Below are positions 45,094-54,673 of a DNA stretch of 64,000 nucleotides, piece after piece; the first letter of the stretch is position 1; the number at the start of each line of letters is the position of its first letter. The DNA is taken from contig BPJM01000013.1 in the NCBI GenBank assembly GCA_026004615.1, forward strand, positions 8,874 through 72,873, in the 5' to 3' direction. Below the pieces are notes generated by a model. The model made no database searches, was not told the DNA's origin, and saw only the letters and a list, made by a program, of their open reading frames with translations. A program made the translations under genes and the position numbers. This DNA is from Planctomycetota bacterium. Its GTDB lineage: Bacteria; Planctomycetota; J058; J103.

Positions 45094-46662
45094 GTGAGCC
45101 GGCGCACGCGCGGAGATGGACCGCCCGCGGCCGCCGTTGCCGGCGGTCCGCTCCGGTGGTTGACCCAGCTGATCGCGGCGCTGCGCAGCGAAGGCATCGC
45201 GGTCTCGCCGGCCGAGGCGATCGACGCTGCGCGGGCGCTCGCGGTCCTCGACTTCGAACGGCGTGCGGAGGTGCACGCGGCGCTGCGCCTGACGCTCGCC
45301 AAGAGCCGCCTCGCCGCCGAGGTGCTCGACCGGCGGTTCGCCGCGCTGTTTCGCCCGCCCCGGCGCCCGCGCGCCGGCGAGCGGGGCGAAGGTGGAAAAG
45401 GGGGTGAGGGGCAGCAGGGCGGCGCAGGGGCACGCGGGGCGGGCGGGCGCAGGAGCGGAGCAGGGCAGCCGCACCTGGCCGGCAAGGTGCCACGCGGCGC
45501 CCAGGCCCGGGGCGAGCCGCTTCCGGCCGAAAGCCCGCGCGGGCAGGCCGGGGCGGGCGGCAGCCCGGAGCCCGCGCCGGGGCAGGCAGCGCGGATCGAA
45601 CCGGCACCGGCACCGCGGCGCCGGCCAGCGTTCGAGACCTACGCACCCGCGTACTGGCTCGGCGCCGCCTCCGGGCTCTCGGGCTTGCCGGCCGCGCGCG
45701 TGCACCGGGCGCCCGCGGCGCTGCCCGCACCCGCGCGCCACCCGGGCGAGCGGCGGCGGCGCGCGCAGCTGGAGCAGGCCGGCGAGCAGGCGTTCGCGGG
45801 CGGGCGGCGCGGCCCGCGCCAGCGGCGGTTGCGCGCCGCCGCCCGCCGGGTGCGGCCCCCGGCGGCGCCGAGCGCCGGGCACGATCCCCGCCGCTACGAG
45901 CTGAGCGGGGCGCTCGCACCCGAGCATGCCCGGCGGCTGGCCCGGGCGCTCGCCCGCGCGCTGGTGCGCCTGCGCCGTGCCCGGGCACGCCGGCGCCGGG
46001 CCGCCCGCCGCCGCGGCGAGCTGTGGGTGCACCGGGCGCTCAGGGTCAACCTCGGAGCCGAGGGCGTGCCGTTCGTGCTGCCGCGCCGGCGGCGGTGCCG
46101 GCGCCCGCCGCGGCTGTTCGTGCTGGCCGACGTGTCGCACTCGGTGGCGCGCGCCGCCGGGGTGTTCCTCCACCTGGTGGCGGCGCTGGCGGCCGAGCTG
46201 CCCGAGGTGCGCGCGCACCTGTTCGTCGATCGACCGGTGGAGGTTCCGCCGGCGCTGCTGCGCCGGTATCGCGCCGGGGCCACGGCCGAGGCGCTCGCGC
46301 ACGGCTTCGAGCCCGAGCAGCTCGTGGCGGCGCTGGCCGAGCTGCGGCCCGGCGCCCGGAGCGACTACGGCAAGGCGCTGTACGCCTATCTGGAGGCGGT
46401 CGGCCGGCGGCTGGGGCGGCACGCCGCGGTGCTCATCTACGGGGACGCGCGCACGAACTGGTTTGCGCCCGAGGCCTGGTGTCTCGAGGAGCTGGCGGCG
46501 CGCGCCGGCGCGCTGGTGTGGCTGGTGCCCGAGCCGCGGGCGCGCTGGGGCACGGGGGATTCGGCGCTCTTGGAATACGCCCCGCACTGCGATGCGGTCT
46601 ACGAGGCGGCGACGGTGGAGGGCATGGAGGCCGCCCTGCACGACCTGCTCGCCTGGGGGTAG
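45094..46662 (+). CDS. VWA-domain protein, CoxE-like
   Basis: GTG 45094 (start uncertain) in ORF 45016..46662; LRWLTQLIAALRSEGIAVSPAEAIDA, long low-complexity linker, LFVLADVSHSV MIDAS-like, VLIYGDARTN. Confidence 0.75.
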   Translation: MSRRTRGDGPPAAAVAGGPLRWLTQLIAALRSEGIAVSPAEAIDAARALAVLDFERRAEVHAALRLTLAKSRLAAEVLDRRFAALFRPPRRPRAGERGEGGKGGEGQQGGAGARGAGGRRSGAGQPHLAGKVPRGAQARGEPLPAESPRGQAGAGGSPEPAPGQAARIEPAPAPRRRPAFETYAPAYWLGAASGLSGLPAARVHRAPAALPAPARHPGERRRRAQLEQAGEQAFAGGRRGPRQRRLRAAARRVRPPAAPSAGHDPRRYELSGALAPEHARRLARALARALVRLRRARARRRRAARRRGELWVHRALRVNLGAEGVPFVLPRRRRCRRPPRLFVLADVSHSVARAAGVFLHLVAALAAELPEVRAHLFVDRPVEVPPALLRRYRAGATAEALAHGFEPEQLVAALAELRPGARSDYGKALYAYLEAVGRRLGRHAAVLIYGDARTNWFAPEAWCLEELAARAGALVWLVPEPRARWGTGDSALLEYAPHCDAVYEAATVEGMEAALHDLLAWG

Positions 46663-46809
46663 CGATCGTACCGGCGGTGGCTCGGCCGTGCCTGCGGCGG
46701 CTGGCGGGCCGCGGCGGCGTGGTCGGCGGCAGCAACGGATGCTAACCTTGGGAGCGAGGCGAGCGGGGGCGGGGCGAGTGGCCCCGGCGGGCGAGTGCGG
46801 GCTGCTGAC

Positions 46810-47259
46810 ATGGCTCCGGAGCGGACCCTGGCCGGAGCGGCGGCGCGGGCCGGCTTCACGCTCCTGGAACTGTTGATCGTGATCGCCATCCTCGCCGTGC
46901 TGGTCTCGATGGTGCTGCCCAACTTCGTCGGCAGCCGCAAGCAGGCCAACGAGGCGGCGGCGATCTCCTACATGCGGAGCTGGATCGGCGCCCAGGAGCT
47001 GTACATGCAGCGCTACGGCTTGTACGCCGACGCCGATGACCAGCTCGTGGCGGCCGGTCTCATCCCGGGCGGGGGCGACAAGCACGGCTACCGATTCAGC
47101 CTCGACAACCCTCCCAACTCGCTGTACGACTGGTGGGGCCGAGGCGATCCCATCGAGCCCGGCCGTTCCGGCGATCGCTACTTCTTCATCGACGCGACCG
47201 GCGTGATCCGCGCCACCACGACGGGCCGCGCCAGCCGCTCCTCGCCGCCCGTCCGCTGA
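46810..47259 (+). CDS. prepilin-type pilin/pseudopilin (PulG/PilA-like)
   Basis: ATG 46810; ...ARAG/FTLLELLIVIAILAVLVSMVLPNF, then KQANEAAAISYMRS. Confidence 0.8.
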   Translation: MAPERTLAGAAARAGFTLLELLIVIAILAVLVSMVLPNFVGSRKQANEAAAISYMRSWIGAQELYMQRYGLYADADDQLVAAGLIPGGGDKHGYRFSLDNPPNSLYDWWGRGDPIEPGRSGDRYFFIDATGVIRATTTGRASRSSPPVR

Positions 47260-47432
47260 GCGTGGGTTCCGCGGCGGCCGCCGGCTGCGGCGGCGAGCCT
47301 GGCCACCAGCTGGGGTTGCCCGCCGACCATCTCGAGGCGCATCTTCGCCTGCTGGCTCCGGCGGCAGCCGGCCACGGACCGCACCGATCGACCAGCTCCG
47401 GATCCGGCACAGCGAGCGGTGCGCCGCCGCCG

Positions 47433-48176
47433 TCAAAAGCCCCCAACCTCGCCCGCCGGCGGCTGCGCTGGCGATCCCCTGGCGCACTGCGCGAGGAAGG
47501 CCTGGAGGTCGGGCGCCGCCAGCAGGGGGTTGCCGGCGAGCTCGGCGGCGAGCGTGGAGCGCCGCGCGGCGGCGGTACGGCGGCCGGGCAGCACCTCGAT
47601 GTCGCCCGGCAGCTGCGACAGCATGCGGAGCGAGACGTAGTGCGAGACCGGGTCGTCCGCAGGTGGGGTGTCGGGAGCGAAGCCCCCGAGCGGCAGCGTC
47701 TCGCCGGTGAACAGATAGGCCTCCGCGAGCAGCAGGCAGATCGCCCCCCGGTCGATGCCCGGCGTGGCCAGCACCCGCAGCTCGATTCCGCCCACCTCCA
47801 GCCGGTCGCCGCCGGCGAGCCGCACCGCGAGCGGCAGGCCGGCCGCCTCCAGCCGCGGCGCCAGTGTCCGGTGCGCGTGCAGCCGCGCCCCGGTGGCGGC
47901 CAACAGCGCCCGCACCGCCTCGGGCTCGAAGCGGCCGCTGGTCAGATAGACCTGTTCGATGGGGCGGTCGCGCGTGCCGGCGAGCAGGCGCGAGGGATCG
48001 CCCGCCGGATCGACCACCGCCAGCGGCCCGCTGAAGCCTTCGGGGCCGAAGAGATAGCTGCAGCGGGTGCCATGCTCGTAGGTCCGGATGTACACCCTCG
48101 CCCTCCCGGACGCCGGCCGGGCGGCCTGGCACCGCCCTGAGGCGCGCCACTGCGCGCCCCGCGGCCAGCGGACCAT
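47433..48176 (-). CDS. MBL-fold (glyoxalase-II-like) protein lacking the metal-binding residues
   Basis: ATG 48176 in ORF 47433..48734; fold-like pattern CSYLFG...LAVVDPAGD...IEQVYLTSGRFEPEAV...VLATPGIDRGAICLLL...LFTGETL with HxHxDH replaced by SGRFEP. Confidence 0.6.
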   Translation of the reverse strand: MVRWPRGAQWRASGRCQAARPASGRARVYIRTYEHGTRCSYLFGPEGFSGPLAVVDPAGDPSRLLAGTRDRPIEQVYLTSGRFEPEAVRALLAATGARLHAHRTLAPRLEAAGLPLAVRLAGGDRLEVGGIELRVLATPGIDRGAICLLLAEAYLFTGETLPLGGFAPDTPPADDPVSHYVSLRMLSQLPGDIEVLPGRRTAAARRSTLAAELAGNPLLAAPDLQAFLAQCARGSPAQPPAGEVGGF

Positions 48177-48236
48177 GGTAGCTGCCGGCGCTCGCGATTG
48201 ACAGTGGGCGTTGCGAGCCGCTACCGTTGCGTTGCC

Positions 48237-49763
48237 ATGTCCTGTCCCGATCGGCCGGAGGCGGTGCGGCACCTGGAGGCGGGCCGGGCGGTGGCGCTCG
48301 CCCGGGAGCTGCCGGCCGACCTGCTGACCCCGATGGGGGCGCTGCTGCGCCTGCTCGCCGCGGCGCCGCGCGGCGAGCCCCCGCTGTGGTTCTTGTTCGA
48401 GAGCGTGGAGCGCGGCGAACGGATCGGGCGCTTCAGCTACGTCGGCCTCGCGCCCGCGCCCGAACCGGACGGGAACGCGGGTGAGCCCGCCGGCGGCGAT
48501 CCACTCGCGGGCCTGCGCGCGGCGTGTGCGGCGCCGCTGGTGCCGCCGCAGCTGCCCGAGCCGCCGCGCTTCTTCGGCGGGGTGGTGTTCGCGCTCGGCT
48601 GGGAGCTGGTGGGCCGGCTGGAACCGCGTCTGGCTGCGAGCTGCCCGCGCCCGGCCGGCTCCCCGGTCCACTGGGGCCGCTTTCCGGCCATCGCGTGTTT
48701 CGACCACCTGCGCCGCCGCCTGCTGCTCCTGCACGCGCTGGAGCCTGCCTGGGCGGGCGAGCCGGCGCAGGCCTACGCCCGGGCGCGCGAGCGGCTGCAG
48801 GAGCTGGAGGACGCGCTCGCCCGCCCGCTCGGCGGCCTGCCGCCCCGGCGCCGCCCCGCCCGGGAGCAGCCGCCGCCGGCAGCGGGTGCACCGAGCAGCG
48901 CCGCCGCCGCGGCGGGCGAGATCACGGTCAGCCTGACGGACGAGGCCTTCGCCGCCGCCGTCGAGCGCGCTCGCGCCTACGTCCGCGCCGGCGATGTGTT
49001 CCAGGTGGTGCTCGCGCGCCGGTTCGCGCGGCGCTGCCCCGCGGGCGCGATCGAGGTCTACCGCGAGCTGCGCGCGCTGAATCCCTCCCCGTTCATGTTC
49101 CTGTTGCGGCTGGGGGGCGAAGAGCTGCTGGGTGCCTCACCGGAGCTGTTGTGCCGGGTCGAGGGCGGCGAGGTCATCACGCATCCGATCGCCGGCACCC
49201 GGCCGCGCGGGGCCACCGCGGCCGAGGACACCGCGCGCGCCGCCGAGCTGCTCGCCGATCCGAAGGAGCGCGCCGAGCACGCCATGCTGGTCGACCTGGC
49301 GCGCAACGACGTCGGACGCGTCGCCGTCCCGGGCAGCGTGCGCGTCAGCCGTCACATGGAGGTGGAGCGGTTCTCGCACGTCATGCACCTGGTGAGCGAG
49401 GTGCGGGGGATGCTGCGGCCCGGACTGGGGGCGGTCGAGGCGCTGCTCGCCTGTTTCCCGGCCGGTACGGTCTCGGGGGCGCCCAAGGTGCGGGCGATCG
49501 AGATCATCCACGAGCTGGAGCCGGCGGCGCGCGGGCCGTACGCGGGTGCGGTCGGGATCGCCGGGCCTGGCGGTACGCTCGACAGCTGCATCGCGATCCG
49601 CGCCGTGCGCCTGCACGATGGCGAGGCGAGCTGGCAGGCGGGCGCGGGGATCGTATTCGATTCGGTGGCGGAGCGCGAGGTGGCCGAGACGCTGGCCAAG
49701 GCGCGCGCGATGGAGCAGGCGGTGGCAGTGGCCGCAGAGCGGGCGGGGCCGGGCGTACCGTGA
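48237..49763 (+). CDS. trpE: anthranilate synthase component I
   Basis: ATG 48237; LFESVE, IAGTRPRG, LVDLARNDVGRV, FPAGTVSGAPKVRA, GPYAGAVG. Confidence 0.92.
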   Translation: MSCPDRPEAVRHLEAGRAVALARELPADLLTPMGALLRLLAAAPRGEPPLWFLFESVERGERIGRFSYVGLAPAPEPDGNAGEPAGGDPLAGLRAACAAPLVPPQLPEPPRFFGGVVFALGWELVGRLEPRLAASCPRPAGSPVHWGRFPAIACFDHLRRRLLLLHALEPAWAGEPAQAYARARERLQELEDALARPLGGLPPRRRPAREQPPPAAGAPSSAAAAAGEITVSLTDEAFAAAVERARAYVRAGDVFQVVLARRFARRCPAGAIEVYRELRALNPSPFMFLLRLGGEELLGASPELLCRVEGGEVITHPIAGTRPRGATAAEDTARAAELLADPKERAEHAMLVDLARNDVGRVAVPGSVRVSRHMEVERFSHVMHLVSEVRGMLRPGLGAVEALLACFPAGTVSGAPKVRAIEIIHELEPAARGPYAGAVGIAGPGGTLDSCIAIRAVRLHDGEASWQAGAGIVFDSVAEREVAETLAKARAMEQAVAVAAERAGPGVP

Positions 49764-50848
49764 TGCAGGAATCTGGGCCGGATTCGCTCGTCCCCTCGGC
49801 GGCAGCAGCACCGGGCCCGGCTGGGCCGGCGGGTCCGCTGGCACTGCCGGCGGTGCTGGCTCGCCTGCTCGCGCGCGAGCACCTCTCGCGCGCCGAGGCG
49901 CGCGCCGCCATGGCCCACATGGTCGAAGGCGACTGGACGCCGGAGCAGTGCGCCGCCTTCCTGGTCGCGCTGAGCGCCAAGGGGGAGACGCCCCAGGAGC
50001 TGGCCGGCATGGCGGAGGTCATGCGCGCGCGCGCCCAGAGCGTCGATCTGTCGGCGCTGGATCCGGTCGATACGTGCGGGACGGGCGGCGATGGGGCGGG
50101 GAGCTTCAACATCTCGACCGCCGCGGCGCTGGTCGCCGCCGGTGCCGGGGTGCGGGTGGCCAAGCACGGCAACCGCGCGGTCTCCAGCCGCGCCGGCAGC
50201 GCGGACGTGCTCGAGGCGCTGGGCGTGCCCATCGAGCCGGAGCCGGCACGCGCCGCCTCGATGCTCGAGCGCGCCGGCTTCGTGTTCCTGTTCGCGCCGC
50301 GCCACCATCCGGCGATGCGGCGGCTCGCCCCGCTGCGCCGCGCGCTCGGGATCCGCACCGCCATGAACGCGCTCGGCCCGCTGTGCAGTCCCGCCCGCGT
50401 GCGGCGCCAGCTGGTCGGCGTCTACAGCGCGCCGCTGGTCGAGCGGATGGCCGGGGCGCTGCTGGAGCTGGGCATCGAGGCGGCGCTGGTCGTGCACGGC
50501 GAGGACGGGCTCGATGAGATCAGCCTCGGAGCGCCGAGCCTGGTCGCCTCGGTGCGCGCCGGTCGGGTGCACATCGAGCAGTGGGATCCGGAGGTCTACG
50601 GGCTCCGCTCGGCTCCTCGGGAGGCGCTGCGCGGCGGCGATGCGCAGCACAATGCGCGGCTGCTCGAGGCGGTGCTGCAGGGGCGCGAGCGCGGCCCGCG
50701 GCGGGAGGTGGTGGTCCTCAACGCGGCAGCGGTGATCCTGCTCGCCGATCGCGCGGACGAAATCCGCGAGGCGATGGCGCAGGCGCGGGCGGCGATCGAC
50801 AGCGGCGCCGCCTGGGGGGTGGTGGAGACGCTGCGGCAGCTGGGCTGA
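49763..50848 (+). CDS. trpD: anthranilate phosphoribosyltransferase
   Basis: ATG 49763 overlapping trpE stop (TGATG); DTCGTGGDG, VAKHGNRAVSSRAGSADVLEALG. Confidence 0.92.
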   Translation: MQESGPDSLVPSAAAAPGPAGPAGPLALPAVLARLLAREHLSRAEARAAMAHMVEGDWTPEQCAAFLVALSAKGETPQELAGMAEVMRARAQSVDLSALDPVDTCGTGGDGAGSFNISTAAALVAAGAGVRVAKHGNRAVSSRAGSADVLEALGVPIEPEPARAASMLERAGFVFLFAPRHHPAMRRLAPLRRALGIRTAMNALGPLCSPARVRRQLVGVYSAPLVERMAGALLELGIEAALVVHGEDGLDEISLGAPSLVASVRAGRVHIEQWDPEVYGLRSAPREALRGGDAQHNARLLEAVLQGRERGPRREVVVLNAAAVILLADRADEIREAMAQARAAIDSGAAWGVVETLRQLG

Positions 50849-50916
50849 GGGCGAGATCCGGCGCCGGGGTCGCGGCGCGATCAGCGCTGGCGGGCGAGGC
50901 GGAAGGCAGCCGAGCG

Positions 50917-51735
50917 ATGGGAGAGCTGGAGCGGATCGTCGCTGCGGTGCGGGCGGCGCTCGCCGAGCGGCGGGCGGCGCTGCCCGAGCGCGAGCTGGAG
51001 CAGCTGGTGGCCGAGGCGCCGGCGCGGCCCTCGCTGCGGGCGGCGATCGAGAGCGGGCCGGCGCCGCGGGTGATCGCCGAGATCAAGCGCCGTTCGCCCG
51101 CGGCCGGCCCGCTCCGGCCCGATCTCGATCCGGCGGCGCTCGCGCGCGCATACGCCGAGGCCGGTGCGGCGGCCATCTCGGTGCTCACCGAGGCCAGCCA
51201 TTTCGGCGGCAGCCTGGCCGACCTGGCGGCGGTGGCGGCGGCGGTCGAGCTGCCGGTGCTGCAGAAGGACTTCGTGCTGGAGCGCTACCAGCTGCTGGAG
51301 GCGCGCGCGGCGGGGGCCTCGGCGGTGTTGCTCATCGCGGCGGTGCTCGCCGACGACGCGGCGCTCGCCGCCCGCATCGCCGAGGCGCGGGCGCTGGGGC
51401 TCGAGACCCTGCTCGAGATCCATTCCGAGCGCGAGGCGGAGCGCGTGCTGGGGCTCGCCGAGCGGCCCGACCTGATCGGCGTCAACAACCGCGACCTCGC
51501 CACCCTGCGGGTCTCGCTCGAGGTGGCGCGGCGGCTGGCGCCGTATCTGCCTCCGGACGTGCCGCGCATCGCCGAGAGCGGCATCGAGCGGCCGGCCGAC
51601 ATCGCGGCGCTGGAGCCGTTCGGCTATCATGGATTCCTCGTCGGCACGAGCCTGCTCGCGGCGCCCGATCCCGCTGCCGCGCTGCGCTGGCTCCGGTCCG
51701 ATGTCATGGAGGCGCAAGACCGGCGGTGGCGGTGA
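50917..51735 (+). CDS. trpC: indole-3-glycerol-phosphate synthase
   Basis: ATG 50917; VIAEIKRRSPAAG, VLTEASHFGGS, LLEIHSE, IGVNNRDL. Confidence 0.92.
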   Translation: MGELERIVAAVRAALAERRAALPERELEQLVAEAPARPSLRAAIESGPAPRVIAEIKRRSPAAGPLRPDLDPAALARAYAEAGAAAISVLTEASHFGGSLADLAAVAAAVELPVLQKDFVLERYQLLEARAAGASAVLLIAAVLADDAALAARIAEARALGLETLLEIHSEREAERVLGLAERPDLIGVNNRDLATLRVSLEVARRLAPYLPPDVPRIAESGIERPADIAALEPFGYHGFLVGTSLLAAPDPAAALRWLRSDVMEAQDRRWR

Positions 51736-52589
51736 TCCCGGTCAAGGTCTGCGGCATCACGCGCCTGGAAGACGCGCTGTTGTGCGCGCGCCTGGGTGCA
51801 CGCGCGGTGGGCTTCGTGTTCTATGGCCGGAGCCCGCGCGCCATCTCGCCCGGTGCGGCGCGCGAGATCGCGCGGCGGCTGCCGCCGCAGGTCAAGAAGG
51901 TCGGCGTCTTCGTCAACGCCAAACCCGAGACCATGATGGAGGTGGCGGCGCGGGTGGGGCTCGACATGGTGCAGCTGTCGGGCGACGAGCCGCCGGAGGT
52001 GGCGGCGGCGGTGCGCGGGGTGCGGGTGGTGAAGGCCTTCCGGCTGGCGCGCATGCGCGACCTGGAGCGCATCAAGGACTACACCGCGGTGCACGCCATC
52101 CTCGTCGACGCGGCCACCCAGGGCCACTATGGCGGCACCGGCATCTGCGCCGACTGGGAACTGGCCCGGCAGGCCACCCGCTACGGCAAGCCGGTGATCC
52201 TGGCGGGGGGGCTCAACGGCGGCAACGTCACCCTGGCGATCCGCACGGTGCGGCCCTCCGGGCTCGATGTGTGCACCGGGGTCGAAGCCGAGCCCGGCAT
52301 CAAGGACGAGCGCAAGCTGCGGGCGTTCTTCGATGTGATCTGGGAGAGCAGCGACAGGATCGCCAAGCTGGTCGGGTTACCGGCGCGCCCGGGCGGCGAG
52401 GTGGTGGCTGAGGTGCGAGCGGCGAGCGATCTCAGCCCCGCGGAACTGCTGGCGCGGGCGCGGGGCGAGGGCAAGGGCGGCGGCGCGGCCGGCAGCGCGC
52501 GCCCGGCAGGGGACGCCTCCGGCGAGCAGGGCGGCGCGCGCGATCCCCTGCTGGATGCCCCGCTGCTGGATGAGCTCCCCCCGGCCTGA
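51726..52589 (+). CDS. trpF: phosphoribosylanthranilate isomerase with ~75-aa low-complexity C-terminal extension
   Basis: GTG 51726 overlapping trpC end; [26 protein letters not shown]. Confidence 0.88.
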   Translation: MAVIPVKVCGITRLEDALLCARLGARAVGFVFYGRSPRAISPGAAREIARRLPPQVKKVGVFVNAKPETMMEVAARVGLDMVQLSGDEPPEVAAAVRGVRVVKAFRLARMRDLERIKDYTAVHAILVDAATQGHYGGTGICADWELARQATRYGKPVILAGGLNGGNVTLAIRTVRPSGLDVCTGVEAEPGIKDERKLRAFFDVIWESSDRIAKLVGLPARPGGEVVAEVRAASDLSPAELLARARGEGKGGGAAGSARPAGDASGEQGGARDPLLDAPLLDELPPA

Positions 52590-53785
52590 TGGACGGCGCG
52601 CCGGCGAGCGGTGGGCAGAGCAGCACCGCCGGTCGCTTCGGTCCGTTCGGCGGCCGGTATGCGCCCGAGACCCTGGTGGCGCCGCTGGAGGAGCTGGAGC
52701 GCGCCTTCGCGGCGGCCTTGGCCGATCCGAGCTTCACCGCGGAGCTCCATCGCGAGCTGGGTGCATGGGCGGGCCGGCCGACGCCGCTCACCTTCGCGCC
52801 GCGGCTGAGCGAGCGGTTGGGGCTCACCGTCTATCTCAAGCGCGAGGATCTGGCGCACACCGGGGCGCACAAGATCAACAACTGCGTCGGGCAGTGCCTG
52901 CTGGCGCGCCGCATGGGCAAGCGGCGCGTGATCGCGGAGACCGGCGCCGGGCAGCACGGGGTGGCGACCGCGGCGGCGGCGGCGCGGCTCGGACTTCGGT
53001 GCACCGTCTACATGGGCACCCTCGACATGGAGCGGCAGGCGCTGAACGTCTACCGCATGCGGCTGCTCGGCGCCGAGGTGCGAGGGGTGGAGGCGGGCAG
53101 CCGCACGCTCAAGGATGCGATCAACGAGGCGATGCGGGACTGGGTGGCGAGCGTCGCCGACAGCCACTACGTGCTCGGCTCCGCGCTGGGGCCGCATCCC
53201 TATCCCACCATGGTCCGCACCTCCCAGCGCGTGCTCGGCGAGGAGGCCCGGCGGCAGATCCTGGAGCAGCGGGGCCGGCTGCCCGATCTCTTGGTGGCGT
53301 GCGTGGGCGGTGGCTCGAACGCGATCGGGCTGTTCGCGCCCTTTCTCGATGACCCCGCGGTGGCGCTGGTGGGGGTCGAGGCCGGCGGGCGGGGCGAGCG
53401 GCCGGGCGAGCACGCGGCGCGCTTTCTCGGCGGGCGGCCCGGGGTGCTGCACGGCGCGCGGACGCTGGTGCTGCAGGACGAGGCGGGCCAGGTGCTCGGT
53501 ACCCACTCGGTGTCGGCGGGACTGGACTACGCCGCCGTCGGCCCCGAGCATGCCTGGCTCGCCGCGCAGGGGCGCGCGCGCTACGAGCGCGCCGGGGATG
53601 CCGCGGCGCTCGCCGCCTTCCGGCTGCTGTCCGAACTGGAGGGGATCATCCCGGCGCTGGAGAGCGCGCATGCGCTCGCCTGGCTGGTCGAGCACGCCCG
53701 CGAGCACCAGGGGGCGCTCGCCATCGTGAACCTGAGCGGGCGCGGCGACAAGGACGTCGAGCAGGCGCAGCGGCTGGGGGCGTGA
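52589..53785 (+). CDS. trpB: tryptophan synthase beta chain
   Basis: ATG 52589 (TGATG overlap); [32 protein letters not shown]. Confidence 0.95.
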   Translation: MDGAPASGGQSSTAGRFGPFGGRYAPETLVAPLEELERAFAAALADPSFTAELHRELGAWAGRPTPLTFAPRLSERLGLTVYLKREDLAHTGAHKINNCVGQCLLARRMGKRRVIAETGAGQHGVATAAAAARLGLRCTVYMGTLDMERQALNVYRMRLLGAEVRGVEAGSRTLKDAINEAMRDWVASVADSHYVLGSALGPHPYPTMVRTSQRVLGEEARRQILEQRGRLPDLLVACVGGGSNAIGLFAPFLDDPAVALVGVEAGGRGERPGEHAARFLGGRPGVLHGARTLVLQDEAGQVLGTHSVSAGLDYAAVGPEHAWLAAQGRARYERAGDAAALAAFRLLSELEGIIPALESAHALAWLVEHAREHQGALAIVNLSGRGDKDVEQAQRLGA

Positions 53786-53825
53786 GGCGCGCCGCCCCGC
53801 GCTGCCCGACCGGGACGACAGAGGC

Positions 53826-54611
53826 GTGGGACGGATCGCGCAGGCATTCGCTCGGGGCAGGCCCGCCTTCATCCCGTTCGTGATGGCGGGGGATCCGAGC
53901 CTGGAGGCGAGTGCGGCCTTCGTGCGTGCGCTCGCGGCGGCCGGCGCCGACGTGATCGAACTGGGGGTGCCGTTCAGCGACCCGATCGCCGACGGTCCCA
54001 CCAACCAGCGCGCGGCCGAGCGGGCGCTCGCCGCCGGCACGACGCCGGCCGCGGTGCTGGAGCTGGTGGCCGGGCTGCGGGCGGGAGGGCTCGAGACCCC
54101 GCTGGTGCTCTTCAGCTATCTCAACCCGCTGCTCGCGCTCGGCGACTATGCGCCGCGCGCGGCGGCGGCGGGCGCCGATGGGCTGCTGGTGGTCGACCTG
54201 CCGCCCGAGGAGGCGCTCGAGCACGAGGCAGCGTGTGCGGAGGCCGGGCTCGATCGGATCTATCTCGCGGCGCCGAGCAGTGGGCCCGAGCGGCTGGCGC
54301 GGCTGGCTGCGGTGGGCTCGGGCTTCGTCTACTACGTCTCGCGCTATGGGGTGACGGGGGCGCGCAAGGTACTGCCGTCCGGGCTCGGCGAGCAGGTGCG
54401 CCGGGTGCGCGTGGCCGCCGGGCGCCCGGTGGCGGTCGGCTTCGGCATCGCCACCCCGGAGCAGGCAGCAGCGGTGGCGGCGGTGGCCGACGGGGTGGTG
54501 GTGGGCAGTGCGCTGGTGGAGGTCATCGCAGCGCACGGGGCGGCGGCCACCGCACCGCTCGGGGCGCTGGCCACGCGGTTGGCGCGCGCGGTCCACGGCG
54601 CACCGCGCTGA
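53826..54611 (+). CDS. trpA: tryptophan synthase alpha chain
   Basis: GTG 53826; FIPFVMAGDP, IELGVPFSDPIADGPTNQ, GFVYYVSRYGVTG. Confidence 0.92.
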   Translation: MGRIAQAFARGRPAFIPFVMAGDPSLEASAAFVRALAAAGADVIELGVPFSDPIADGPTNQRAAERALAAGTTPAAVLELVAGLRAGGLETPLVLFSYLNPLLALGDYAPRAAAAGADGLLVVDLPPEEALEHEAACAEAGLDRIYLAAPSSGPERLARLAAVGSGFVYYVSRYGVTGARKVLPSGLGEQVRRVRVAAGRPVAVGFGIATPEQAAAVAAVADGVVVGSALVEVIAAHGAAATAPLGALATRLARAVHGAPR

Positions 54612-54673
54612 GCGCCAGGCCTGGCGCCGTCGCGTCCCGGGGGCTGCGGGGTGCCGGCGGCCGGGCGCCGCGC

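Noticed and set aside
48198-48227. Candidate sigma-70 promoter for trpE: perfect TTGACA (48198-48203), 18-nt spacer, TACCGT (48222-48227)
   Set aside because: The -10 is weak and the transcript would be almost leaderless (9 nt). Promoter consensus for this lineage is unknown, so it is not reported as a feature. No trp leader peptide or attenuator was seen.
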